IMG/VR virus record: IMGVR_UViG_3300032046_000014
Coordinates: 20,304-84,303 of that record
Origin: a virus
Length of the DNA: 64,000 nucleotides
Reading direction: 5' to 3' (one strand)
The notes beneath the pieces were generated by a model. The model was given only the letters and a program-made list of their open reading frames with translations. It had not been told where the DNA came from and searched no databases. The position numbers and the translations under genes are program-made. Each line of letters begins with the position of its first letter. Position 1 is the first letter of the stretch. This document shows, one piece after another, positions 38,240 through 46,959 of this stretch.

Positions 38240-39666
38240 CTCTTGGGATAGTCATCATGCTTATCGTAGCCTTCCGGCGCGGCCAAATGCAGCATGTTGC
38301 CCTTCCAGAGCATGTTCAGGTCTAGGAATTCTCTGATAAACCTGTCTCGTTGGCGACGCTGGCGTCTGGCAATTGCTTCATTGATACTGGGAAAATCTAT
38401 GAGTTTCTTTCTGAAGCAGTTAAGCATGAGTTTGCTTGTGATGTCTTCTTCGCGTATCTCGTTTGTTCGGATGCCCTGGATGTCCAGGCGAGCTCCGCCG
38501 CCGGGCAGATTACGCCATTCTTTGCGGAAGTAATCCAGCACAGGATCTCCGACGCCGGCACTGTCTATGCAGATCTGCCGCGCGCCCAGTTCCAGGCATC
38601 GTTGAGCTACATGCTGGCTTTGCACTGGATAGTCTGTGCCTTCAAACTCCATCCATTCCAGAATATGGGCCATGTCACCTTCACCATAGCCGAAGGTGAT
38701 GACGCTGCGGTCGCTTTGTTTTGCCACATCCCAGCCAGCATAAATGTTGAACACTGGCTTTCCATCAACCATCGGTACTACGAGAGGCTGTTTCCTGCTC
38801 ATGTCCTGCAACGTTTCCAGTGTGGTGAATTTGTCAATGCCTAAAGCCCATTGCAGCTCGTACTGAGTTCGGAACCCGATGCTTTCCGGACCCAGTCTTT
38901 CACGTTCATTCTCCACGAATAGAGCGTATCGTTTGTTCCATCGGCTTGCTTCGTGGCAGTCGACACGTGTAATATTGCTGCGGTCTTCCCGTTTGGTACA
39001 GGCATCATAGAAGTAGCTGTTGATAACCACGTTTTTCGGTGTGCCATCCAAGATGCGCGCTCCACCTACAGCAGCGCTCATGGGGAATACTTCCTGCGTC
39101 ATCTTCAACGGGTCCACATCTTCGCTTTGTTCGATGACAATGAGGTTCAATGTTTCGCTGGTTACATTGCTTTTTTCTCCTATGCTTAGGCAGCGGATGC
39201 GGGCATCAACGTTTTCAGCAATGTTCCGTATAACGAAAAGTTCGCTATATACTGAATCTCCGGTTATTAGTCTAAGGCCAAGCATATCGAGTAACAGTTT
39301 GATCCGCATATATCTGCGTCTGAGACGTTCCTTTACAACCAGGATTGACTGGCTTGCAGCAGGAGCGAACACGCCAATGCGCACGTGCTGCTTCAAAATT
39401 TTCGTGAAGAAGATGCTGAGCGTGAGGAAGCTTATGCATACCGCCTCTGTTTTGCCACTTTGCCGGCACTGCAGTATGAAGAGTTCTTCTCCTTTCGCGT
39501 TCAAAGTCACACGCATGATGTCATCGCTAACCCTCGTCTCATAAGGGTAAAGTCCTTCTGGCAAGTCTTCTTTGAGAGCGGCGACGATGATCTTTCGTAA
39601 TGCACGACAAATATCCAAGGAACTATGACCGTTATTACTGGTTAGAAGTTCCTGGAGTTGATTCAT
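38170..39666 (-). CDS. terL: Terminase large subunit
   Basis: CRQSGKT Walker A, GWDVAKQSD, IDSAGVG, HDD. Confidence 0.93.
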   Translation of the reverse strand: MNQLQELLTSNNGHSSLDICRALRKIIVAALKEDLPEGLYPYETRVSDDIMRVTLNAKGEELFILQCRQSGKTEAVCISFLTLSIFFTKILKQHVRIGVFAPAASQSILVVKERLRRRYMRIKLLLDMLGLRLITGDSVYSELFVIRNIAENVDARIRCLSIGEKSNVTSETLNLIVIEQSEDVDPLKMTQEVFPMSAAVGGARILDGTPKNVVINSYFYDACTKREDRSNITRVDCHEASRWNKRYALFVENERERLGPESIGFRTQYELQWALGIDKFTTLETLQDMSRKQPLVVPMVDGKPVFNIYAGWDVAKQSDRSVITFGYGEGDMAHILEWMEFEGTDYPVQSQHVAQRCLELGARQICIDSAGVGDPVLDYFRKEWRNLPGGGARLDIQGIRTNEIREEDITSKLMLNCFRKKLIDFPSINEAIARRQRRQRDRFIREFLDLNMLWKGNMLHLAAPEGYDKHDDYPKSCGLMLRSILKPPVKLAIRSVDF

Positions 39667-40204
39667 TTTCCTTCTGCTCGTTCTGACCCATTACTCTTTC
39701 AAGCAGTTCTCTGAGAGCTTCATCGCTCATGCCCTTCGAAACATCGCCACTGCTTATTCGTGCCCGTAGGCCCAAGTCCATTTCTATTCCAAGTATACTC
39801 TTCAAGATATCTCCGAGAGTGGCTACGCCCTTATCGACAATGCCGCTCATCGTGTTTTTGTCTTCTTCCAGCTTCAAGCCTATGCTCAAACGCTTCATCT
39901 GTAACTGAACAAGCTTATACAATTCTAGCAGCGCATCAATCTTCTCTTTCGCGCCGAGCACTGCTTTAGCATAATGCGTGTCTTTTAGAGCAGTTATGAC
40001 TCCTAAAACATTTCTGCGATAATCACTGACGCAGTGGGTGCCAATATTCTTGTGCCTCTCCTGTTTCAGCCAGCCGCTGATCTGCACTGAACTCTGGCCA
40101 TTAACAATCTTTTGTTCAATTTCGTCTCGCAAGTCAGGGTTGAGATACTCGATTTTGCTCTTCTTCTGCAGCCTTTTCTTTTTCTCTGTAACCTGTTCAG
40201 TCAC
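39635..40204 (-). CDS. terS: Terminase small subunit (Mu gp27/DUF3486-like N-terminus)
   Basis: SKIEYLNPDLRDEIEQKIVNG.S..QISGWL; overlaps the terL start. Confidence 0.7.
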   Translation of the reverse strand: MTEQVTEKKKRLQKKSKIEYLNPDLRDEIEQKIVNGQSSVQISGWLKQERHKNIGTHCVSDYRRNVLGVITALKDTHYAKAVLGAKEKIDALLELYKLVQLQMKRLSIGLKLEEDKNTMSGIVDKGVATLGDILKSILGIEMDLGLRARISSGDVSKGMSDEALRELLERVMGQNEQKENESTPGTSNQ

Positions 40205-40312
40205 TCAGAAATCGCCTACACCTGTACTAATCGAGTTTTCAGTGTTAAAACGTTTACGCTCAACCAAACAGCAGAGAACACGTTAGAACCGAAAAGTTTA
40301 CGCAGCTGACGA

Positions 40313-40408
40313 CATGCCGGCATAGGGCTCCTGCAATCTTATGGGGAAGGGTCCCTTCGGAGAGAGACAGTGTCTCCCCAGACCGCGCGGAGCCCCTAGC
40401 CGAGCATG
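40313..40408. ncRNA. Long branched hairpin upstream of terS
   Basis: CATG/CATG, CGGC/GCCG, GGGCTCC/GGAGCCC, GGGGA/TCCCC nested stems. Confidence 0.45.
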
Positions 40409-40658
40409 GCGCTGTTCTTTGTTGGTGGTTGATGCGCGGTTGTGAACGCGCAAAGTATACTAGATCAGGGAAAATATAAAAGAGTTTCGTAAATAGCAAG
40501 GAATAAAAGGCAGAGAGAAAATAGGATTCGGCTTGAGGGGACTGCTGTTGGGTGCAAGCACTTTTCTCTTCTCCTTTCAGATGTCAGAATTGAAATCCTT
40601 GTTCGGCAGCAGCAGGTCCCCGGCAATATCATAATGAAAAGGGAGTTGTTCTTCCAAA

Positions 40659-41039
40659 TTGGCTTTTCGAGAGCGCATGCATCCGACTGTGAGCAATGCT
40701 GAATGGGACGTGAGAATCGACCTTACTCTTCTGCGAGATCGTCTTGAGAAAGCAAGCGTGCACATGGAATACCAAAAGCAGATTGTGTTGGATGCAACAA
40801 CCATGGATGCCTACGCTGAACTTTCTAACGGGGAGAAACACTGCTTCCTCCTAGATGGACCTGTACACTTGAAAAGCGAGAAGGTCAAGTTACGCGATGA
40901 GTATGTGGAGCAAGTGCTGCAGAAAAGACACTACAAGATCCACCGATATCCTTACGTACCGCCACTGAGCAAAGAGAAACTTGCGGAGATCGAGGCAGAC
41001 ATCCTTAAGGCTTTAGGGGTCAAGATGAAGAATGAATGA
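40659..41039 (+). CDS. DUF559/Vsr-like endonuclease domain protein
   Basis: LDGPVH...RDEYVEQVLQKRHYKIHRY. Confidence 0.6.
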   Translation: MAFRERMHPTVSNAEWDVRIDLTLLRDRLEKASVHMEYQKQIVLDATTMDAYAELSNGEKHCFLLDGPVHLKSEKVKLRDEYVEQVLQKRHYKIHRYPYVPPLSKEKLAEIEADILKALGVKMKNE

Positions 41040-41180
41040 AGAAAAATTAAGAGAACTTCGATTGAGAACAGGCAGACAATGGGCCTGGTACTTCTATCAA
41101 GAACTTGGTTATCGAATAACTGAAGATTTTGAGCAGGAAGAATCGCTGAAGAAAGCAATAGCCAAAATCCTAGATGGGAC

Positions 41181-42071
41181 ATGTTGAATGTTATGAGTGT
41201 TTGGCTAACCGTATCGCCGGAGGATCCGTACCTACAAACAATCGCTGTAGAATTCACTAATTATTGTAATCTGCAGTGTGACCCTTGTTATGGACAAAAT
41301 CCGAGACTCTATAAGGCCAGATCTAAAGGTTACATGACACTTGAAAATTTCCGCGTTTTGCTGGAACAATTAAAGAGGCTGCCAAGACTGAGAATTCTGA
41401 ACCTCAGCTACAATGGCGAATCATTGCTGCATCCGCAGTTTGAACTGATGGCTCAAGAGGCAAGGGCAGTTCTGCCTAACATGATGATAGGGATTGTTAC
41501 AAACGCAACTTTGATTACACGGTCGAAAGCTTTTGCCATTCTTAAGAACTGCAGCAGTATAATTGTCAGCATGCACCATGGCCCTAAGCTTGATGAAGCC
41601 TTAGACGGCCTCGAGACCCTTTCAACTATCAATCAGCAGGCCAAGAACCCGCGCAGCCTATTCGTTAACGTGATGGCTGACGAGTTCAAACATCATGAAA
41701 TCATAGCGTTGGCTGATCGAGTGAAGGAAAGGAAGATTGTTGTGCAGTTTAGGCGAGGGTGGCCGATGACGGAAGACTTGAAAAGGCCAATGCAACATCC
41801 GCAAACTACTACCACATGGACAGATGTTCCCGCGCCTTTTCACTCAGACAAATTCTGTCTGGCGCCCTTCTATTACACGGCGGTCCTCTGGAACGGCGAC
41901 ACGTTGCCGTGCTGTCACATATTAAACGGCGGCGACTTCAGTTTAGGCAACGTCTTCAACACCAGCCTTCTTGACGTTTGGAACGGCCAAGCCTATGGAA
42001 GACTACGGAACGAAAACTACGAGTCATCATGTCCTTGCGTTGCATGTGAAGTTCGTGAGCTTCCGGTTTAG
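41181..42071 (+). CDS. Radical SAM enzyme with SPASM/twitch domain
   Basis: CNLQCDPC, GESLLHP, TNAT, C...GDTLPCC...LGNV...WNG...C..C. Confidence 0.92.
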   Translation: MLNVMSVWLTVSPEDPYLQTIAVEFTNYCNLQCDPCYGQNPRLYKARSKGYMTLENFRVLLEQLKRLPRLRILNLSYNGESLLHPQFELMAQEARAVLPNMMIGIVTNATLITRSKAFAILKNCSSIIVSMHHGPKLDEALDGLETLSTINQQAKNPRSLFVNVMADEFKHHEIIALADRVKERKIVVQFRRGWPMTEDLKRPMQHPQTTTTWTDVPAPFHSDKFCLAPFYYTAVLWNGDTLPCCHILNGGDFSLGNVFNTSLLDVWNGQAYGRLRNENYESSCPCVACEVRELPV

Positions 42072-42076
42072 CGCTC

Positions 42077-42196
42077 ATCGTATCACACATCATATTGCTT
42101 ATCATATCGCAAATCGTATCACACATCATATTGCTTATCATATCGCAAATCATATAGTGTACTATATGGCGTAGGATATGGCGTAGGATAAGGTGT
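42077..42196. repeat. 12-bp periodic tandem array (ATCRTAT...) including an exact 36-bp duplication
   Basis: atcgtatcacac atcatattgctt atcatatcgcaa x2, then four degenerate units. Confidence 0.85.
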
Positions 42197-42618
42197 ATCG
42201 TATGCGAGAGGAACTGGAAAAGTTTCATGGGGAAAGACGCCGCTTCCAAGGAGAATTCATACGTTACGGCCAGAAAAGAGGATGGAAACATCCTCTCACT
42301 ACAATAGTTCTCAGAAACGTCATCGACGTCAAGACCGGCAGAATAGTCACGGACCATCTGTGGTTTACGCAGGGCAAGCAGTTCGAACGGCTTTATCTTG
42401 AACCGGGGGACATAGTAAGTTTTACGGCTCGAGTGACAAAGTATCTGAAAGGCTACCAGGGACGAAGAGACGAATATGATGACCGGCCTCCCGTAGAAAT
42501 TGATTGTCGCCTCAGTTACCCAGCCAAACTTGAGAAGAAAACTACTGAAACTGCACATAATAGTACAGTACAAAATGGGACCCGAACAACAGTTCTTACG
42601 CGCTGGACAAGCCCATAA
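42193..42618 (+). CDS. Conserved phage-type hypothetical protein (OB-fold-like)
   Basis: MREEL...F.RYG.K...TDHLWF...GD.V.F.ARV..Y.KGY. Confidence 0.6.
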   Translation: MYRMREELEKFHGERRRFQGEFIRYGQKRGWKHPLTTIVLRNVIDVKTGRIVTDHLWFTQGKQFERLYLEPGDIVSFTARVTKYLKGYQGRRDEYDDRPPVEIDCRLSYPAKLEKKTTETAHNSTVQNGTRTTVLTRWTSP

Positions 42619-42628
42619 AATATAAAAG
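42615..42628 (+). promoter_or_regulatory. TATA box for the 42653 RNA
   Basis: AAAATATAAAAG ending about 25 nt before the paired 5' end. Confidence 0.55.
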
Positions 42629-42652
42629 AAAGCTGAGAATACATACTTCTGA

Positions 42653-42872
42653 GGCTGGTGTCCTTTAGCAGACTAGGCCAAGGCAGCTTCGTTCAAGCTG
42701 CTACGTTCCCGCTCCTAGGCGGGAACTAAGAACCTGCGGCGAAGGAGGTTCAAAGCACCGAGTTTTACGGTGCTAAAAGACCATTTGATCAGGTCTTGTA
42801 AGGCGCTCGGCACCCGAAGACGAAATCGGCTTCATAACCGAGGGTCGTCAGGGAGTCCCAGAGAGCCAGCCA
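42653..42872 (+). ncRNA. Candidate 220-nt structured ncRNA
   Basis: GGCTGGT/GCCAGCC-A closing stem; hairpins GCAGC/GCTGC, GTTCCCGC/GCGGGAAC, AGCACCG/CGGTGCT, AGACC/GGTCT, TCGG/CCGA. Confidence 0.65.
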
Positions 42873-42873
42873 G

Positions 42874-42921
42874 TTAGGTACCCAAAATTCGCTTTAGGCA
42901 CCTAATCAGAGTTTAGGTACC
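42874..42921. repeat. Three TTAGGYACC direct repeats
   Basis: At 42874, 42894 and 42913. Confidence 0.6.
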
Positions 42922-43014
42922 GAACTGGTGTGTCTGGAGAAGGTATGAAGCTTAAGGGCTACAGCCTCCCTGACTGAACTGAATTGAACTGCCATTGACA
43001 CAACAATGCCATAA

Positions 43015-43139
43015 ACAGGGGTGGTGTAGTCAGGCTATCGCGCTGGGTCCATAAGGCTATGGTCTGGCAAGCCCAGAGATCAGAGGTTCAAAAATGCATA
43101 AGAAAAGCTTATGTGTTGAAAGTCCTCTCCCCTGTACCA
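43015..43139 (+). tRNA. tRNA-iMet(CAT) with two BHB introns (37/38: 43054-43070; 59/60: 43093-43122), CCA encoded
   Basis: A1-U72 pair, GGG/CCC anticodon stem, T-loop TTCAAAT after splicing. Confidence 0.9.
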
Positions 43140-43141
43140 CT

Positions 43142-43188
43142 ATTTCATTAAATTGAATTTGCTTATAAGTAGTTCAATTTTATGAAAT
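43142..43188. terminator. AT-rich inverted repeat between convergent tRNA transcripts
   Basis: ATTTCAT-T-AAATTGAA ... TTCAATTT-T-ATGAAAT. Confidence 0.55.
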
Positions 43189-43262
43189 GGCGGTCTGTGC
43201 GGGAGTTGAACCCGCCTCAGTCGAGTGACAGTCGACCATCCGCACCGGCGGACTTACAAACC
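43188..43262 (-). tRNA. tRNA-Asp(GTC), CCA encoded
   Basis: Cloverleaf; GTCGA-CTGTCAC-TCGAC anticodon arm. Confidence 0.9.
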
Positions 43263-43268
43263 TTGATG

Positions 43269-43339
43269 TGCACCCGCCGGGATTTGAACCCGGCCGTCAG
43301 CGTGGAAAGCTGAGATCCTAGCCACTGGACCACGAGTGC
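43269..43339 (-). tRNA. tRNA-Gly(TCC)
   Basis: Cloverleaf; TCAGC-TTTCCAC-GCTGA; GGTTCAAATCC. Confidence 0.9.
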
Positions 43340-43351
43340 GATGATCCTGTT

Positions 43352-43513
43352 TGGTGCAGAGGACCGGATTTGAACCGGCGCGTCCGCCTTGCGGAAAGAG
43401 GTTTCTCACAGGCTGAACAGTCGTTCCTAACCGTCCTTAGCTTCGAGCTTACGACTTGAGCTTCGAGCTGGGTCTTAAGCCTCTCGCTTTCAGCCATGCT
43501 TGGCTACCCCTGC
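43352..43513 (-). tRNA. tRNA-Leu(TAA) with a 71-nt 37/38 intron (43403-43473), CCA encoded
   Basis: Long variable arm TCCGC/GCGGA; central BHB helix CTTA/TGAG. Confidence 0.88.
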
Positions 43514-43541
43514 ATTAACGGATGGTACTGATAGATCGTAC

Positions 43542-43617
43542 TGGTGGAAGCTGTGGGATTCGAACCCACGGCCTACTGCTTGCAAAGCAGCTGCTCATTC
43601 CGCTGAGCTAAGCCCCC
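43542..43617 (-). tRNA. tRNA-Ala(TGC), CCA encoded
   Basis: Cloverleaf with G3:U70. Confidence 0.92.
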
Positions 43618-43629
43618 AACAAAACGGTT

Positions 43630-43764
43630 CAAGGGTCAAAACAACGTGGATGCAACACCGCTTTACTGGGCGGCCTGCGCTTCAGCGGGATCTTTTTGTT
43701 CGTACTGTGGTCTACTCAGGCGGCTATGACCGCCTCCTAAGAAGTTAGGCAACTTAGACCCTTG
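43630..43764 (-). ncRNA. Candidate 135-nt structured RNA heading the tRNA operon
   Basis: CAAGGGTC/GACCCTTG closing stem; hairpins CCTAA/TTAGG, AGGCGG/CCGCCT, CCGC/GCGG. Confidence 0.55.
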
Positions 43765-43848
43765 CACGAAACACATTGTCATCCACGCTGCCATTTAGAG
43801 TGTGCAGACATTTATTTAAATATGATGTTTCACACAAGGATTGATGGA

Positions 43849-44584
43849 ATGAATCCTCAAGAATTTGTCAAAGAATACAGTATCAGAAGCATTGCATGCT
43901 GCTTCAGTGGCGGCAAAGATAGTCTCGTGGCCACGCATCTGATGATGACCGCGCTTGGAGACAGATATGACATTGATAAGCACGTGGTCTACGCTGATAC
44001 CGGCTGTATGTTGCCTATTACAGAACCTTTCGTGGTCGACATTTGCAAAAGGTTCGGTTGGCCTTTGACGATTGTTCGCGGCTACTTCTTCGAGAAAGCC
44101 CATTAAGAATGGCATGCCCCGGATGAAGCATCGCTGGTGCTGCCATACCTGCAAAGTGGGCCCCATGCAAGAATATGTAAAAACTCTCAAGCCCCAACGT
44201 GCAGAGGTTCTCGGCCTAAGACGAGAGGAATCAGTGGCCAGGAGCAAGCTGCCGCAGATCCTCTATAAGAAAAGAGTGCCCTCATGGGGTTATTGTCCGC
44301 TCATAACATGGACAGGAAAGGAAGTGGCCAGTTACCTGAGAAGAAACGACTTGCCAGTGCCGCCTAACTATCGACTTGGTTTGAAAGAACCGTGTATGTG
44401 CGGTGTCTTCTCAACCAAGAAGCAGATGCTTATTCTCAAGGCGCAGTTTCCGGAGCTCTTCGACAAGTTCATACAGCTGGAGAAACAGTTCAGAAGCGGC
44501 GGCGCCTGCTTCTACTTCCACGACAAACCAGTGCGCGCCGGGGACCTAGCGAAACAGAAAACGCTTGGAGAACCTTTAAGTTGA
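43849..44584 (+). pseudogene. PAPS-reductase-family (PP-loop) protein split by a 1-nt frameshift near 44100
   Basis: SGGKDS and DTG in one frame; RWCC..CK, GLRREES.AR, PLITWT in the +1 frame. Confidence 0.8.
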
Positions 44585-45015
44585 TACTTTACCACGGAAC
44601 AGGAGCTCGAAGAAAGCAGAGCATCAAACGGCGAGGGCTCTTGCCGAAGCCCAGCTCATTCGTTTTTGCTTCGCCTATACGGTTGATCGGCGTTGTTTTT
44701 GCAGCTGCCAGGTCAGAACTCGAGGACGACTTCGGGCTTCTAGTGTCTTTTGAGGCAGAGGAGAAGTGGAAAGAAGATCCTCTGTTCCCTTTGAGTGTTC
44801 GTTCCAGAAAGTCTGTGAAGCCTGAGAAGATCATAGCGATGAAGATTGTTAAGCCGGATGAAGAGCTTAAAGGCAATGAGTTTCTCTGGAAACTGGTGAA
44901 GTCAATCAGGCTTCCAACAGGCCAGCTTGAACTGCCAAACGTTACTACTCGAGCGCAGTTTGTGGATGCAGTCCGAAGCTCGGACTCAAAGGCCTCATCG
45001 GTCTTCTCGTCCTAA
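44581..45015 (+). CDS. ADP-ribosyltransferase-fold protein (Tpt1/KptA-like signature)
   Basis: LYHGT......SI...GL.P, VFAS; likely TTG start at 44581. Confidence 0.6.
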   Translation: MILYHGTGARRKQSIKRRGLLPKPSSFVFASPIRLIGVVFAAARSELEDDFGLLVSFEAEEKWKEDPLFPLSVRSRKSVKPEKIIAMKIVKPDEELKGNEFLWKLVKSIRLPTGQLELPNVTTRAQFVDAVRSSDSKASSVFSS

Positions 45016-45340
45016 CATTCTGCCTGAATGCCAGGCTCGCCCCGGTGCAATCATAGAATTCTGCAGAACAACATTTAAACATTTTCTATGTTGTCACTGT
45101 CTGGACAGACCACATCAACGTTGTAGGCGGCTGGGCAGATTCTTCTTCGACTGCAGCCGTCGCACCTGGTTTTTCTGTTTTCCGCAGTTTCTTCCCAGGA
45201 ATCATTCATGCTAATCCATCGTTTCTTTTCTTAAATCTTCTTCTCCGCTCTGAAATTAGAAAGATAGCTACAATAATAATAATCGGTGCTAAGTAATACA
45301 GAACGTCAATCATTCTTTCATCTAAACACTCTGGACTCTT

Positions 45341-45748
45341 CTATTCCTTTTTGAGATGTTGGCGTATCGATAGGGCATGCAAGAATTGTTCTAGGCAATC
45401 AATATGAAATCCGTTTGGTTCTAAAGAAGGCTTTTTCCCGTGTGATACTGCTGTCAAACCACAGAACAAGCATTCACGCTTATCCTTTTGGCTCTGGTCG
45501 TCTCGATAAAACATATCAAGCTTTGGAATCAAGGCGGCTTCCGGCAGATCCGGGAACTCTGCGCTCTCAAGAATAACCTGCAACACATTCGAAACCTGTC
45601 CGGACATGTACTGAACACGAACTACCCTCGCATCCACCGGTATATTCGTCTCAATCGACAGCCGCAATGGCAGCTCCTCTTCTGGAAGGTGGCCCTTAAG
45701 CACACCGCCCAACCATTCTACGCCCACTTCAACATACATCAACCTCAT
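45341..45748 (-). CDS. Hypothetical protein
   Basis: IPVDARVVRV, LESAEFP, C-terminal CxxC/HxxC. Confidence 0.55.
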   Translation of the reverse strand: MRLMYVEVGVEWLGGVLKGHLPEEELPLRLSIETNIPVDARVVRVQYMSGQVSNVLQVILESAEFPDLPEAALIPKLDMFYRDDQSQKDKRECLFCGLTAVSHGKKPSLEPNGFHIDCLEQFLHALSIRQHLKKE

Positions 45749-45754
45749 ATTTTC

Positions 45755-46336
45755 TCAGCTCCAATCGGACCGTATTTTCTGTTGTTGGATAAATTCTTTC
45801 CTGCCTTCTACACTACCGTTATATTGGACCCTTGCATAGTCGAGAAACATATGAAAAGCTTTGAGCACTTCATTTTCCAATACTTCAGAATCAAAGATTT
45901 TGGAAGGCGCTAATCTGTAGACGAACGTTTGAGTGTTTTCCTTCGACATTAAAGTGATGACCACGTCGTCTTGAAGGAGATATTTGCGCGCCCAAGACTC
46001 AAGCAATAATGCATTAGGAATCCTCCGCAGTCCCTTCAAGTCTGCTTCAGCAGCGGAGAAGCCAAGCCAGAAAGCTACATCCCTAAACTTGTTTCCCAAC
46101 ACAACATTCTCACTCATAGGCCGCTTCGCAAGATCCTCCACTGTTAACCTGTCAATATCAGCCGCAAGATAATACACAACCTTCCCCCAGCGCGCCAAAA
46201 AATTCTGCTGATCCGCAGTCAACACTTTCAACCATTCACGGTCAGAAATCGCCGGCCCTTCAGCTGGCCCCTTACAGAGATTCATCAACTGCCGAAGTTT
46301 TCTGCGAAGAATCTTGAAACAATCCTGGCCTATCAT
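45755..46336 (-). CDS. Hypothetical protein
   Basis: 193-aa ORF transcribed away from the first skew element. Confidence 0.55.
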   Translation of the reverse strand: MIGQDCFKILRRKLRQLMNLCKGPAEGPAISDREWLKVLTADQQNFLARWGKVVYYLAADIDRLTVEDLAKRPMSENVVLGNKFRDVAFWLGFSAAEADLKGLRRIPNALLLESWARKYLLQDDVVITLMSKENTQTFVYRLAPSKIFDSEVLENEVLKAFHMFLDYARVQYNGSVEGRKEFIQQQKIRSDWS

Positions 46337-46389
46337 ACGTCAGGTTCCTCAACACCGAAAACTCTTAAGATTCCACAGAATTATAAACT

Positions 46390-46945
46390 TTTCCCACAAC
46401 ACCAAAACTAAACAGCACAAACAACACAAACAGCACACACCACACATAAACACAATATCATAAAGTCACAAAAGACACAGAGCAGCAAAAATAGAAGAAG
46501 CAACAAAAGACCCTCCGGCACCGCGTCAACGCCGTACACAAAATACACGCCGTCCACAACATCAACACCGTACACAAAACTTGTTACCCACCCCATCACC
46601 TACTAACCGCCCCTTCACCCGCCTACCCATCCTACACCATCACCTACCAAACTCTCCAACACCACCCCAACAGTCCAAAAACAGAACCCACCAACCCACA
46701 AACACAATCCCCCCCACAACATAGCGGGTGGTTTAATTGTTTATTCAATTATTTGTCATTTTGGTTGGTTTGTTGGTTGGTTTGTTTTAGTGTTAACTGT
46801 TGGTTGGTTTTTCTGTTTGGTTCGGTGTTATGGTTGGTTCGGTTCGGGTCTCTTGTTTGGTCACTGCAGAAAATCGTTAGGCTTTTTCTGGAACGGTTTT
46901 CTGTGTATCGTTATGGTGAGTTTAATTGTTTATTATCCTTTTTTG
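46390..46945. other. AC-rich to GT-rich compositional switch element 1 (centre about 46722); candidate origin
   Basis: About 330 nt strongly depleted of G/T, then strongly G/T-rich; coincides with the gene-strand switch. Confidence 0.6.
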
Positions 46946-46959
46946 CGAAAAGTATATAT
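46946..46959 (+). promoter_or_regulatory. BRE-TATA promoter of the rightward early operon
   Basis: CGAAAAGTATATAT. Confidence 0.65.

Noticed and set aside
26194-39600. Numerous plus-strand ORFs antisense to the protease, polyprotein, portal and terminase genes
   Set aside because: Shadow frames of strongly supported minus-strand genes (28268 and 28708 excepted)
40305-40320. CTGACGA hammerhead-like core (also CTGATGA near 55228 and minus-strand near 42845)
   Set aside because: No GAAA after a stem II and no UH site in the right geometry
42077-42196. Possible CRISPR mini-array
   Set aside because: Contiguous 12-bp units with no unique spacers; no cas genes
43640-43656. GCA-TCCACGT-TGT (minus strand) resembling HDV P3/L3
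   Set aside because: Not followed by P1' plus GG and no J4/2; not an HDV fold
43500-43748. 82-aa ORF
   Set aside because: Antisense to tRNA-Ala and the adjacent structured RNA
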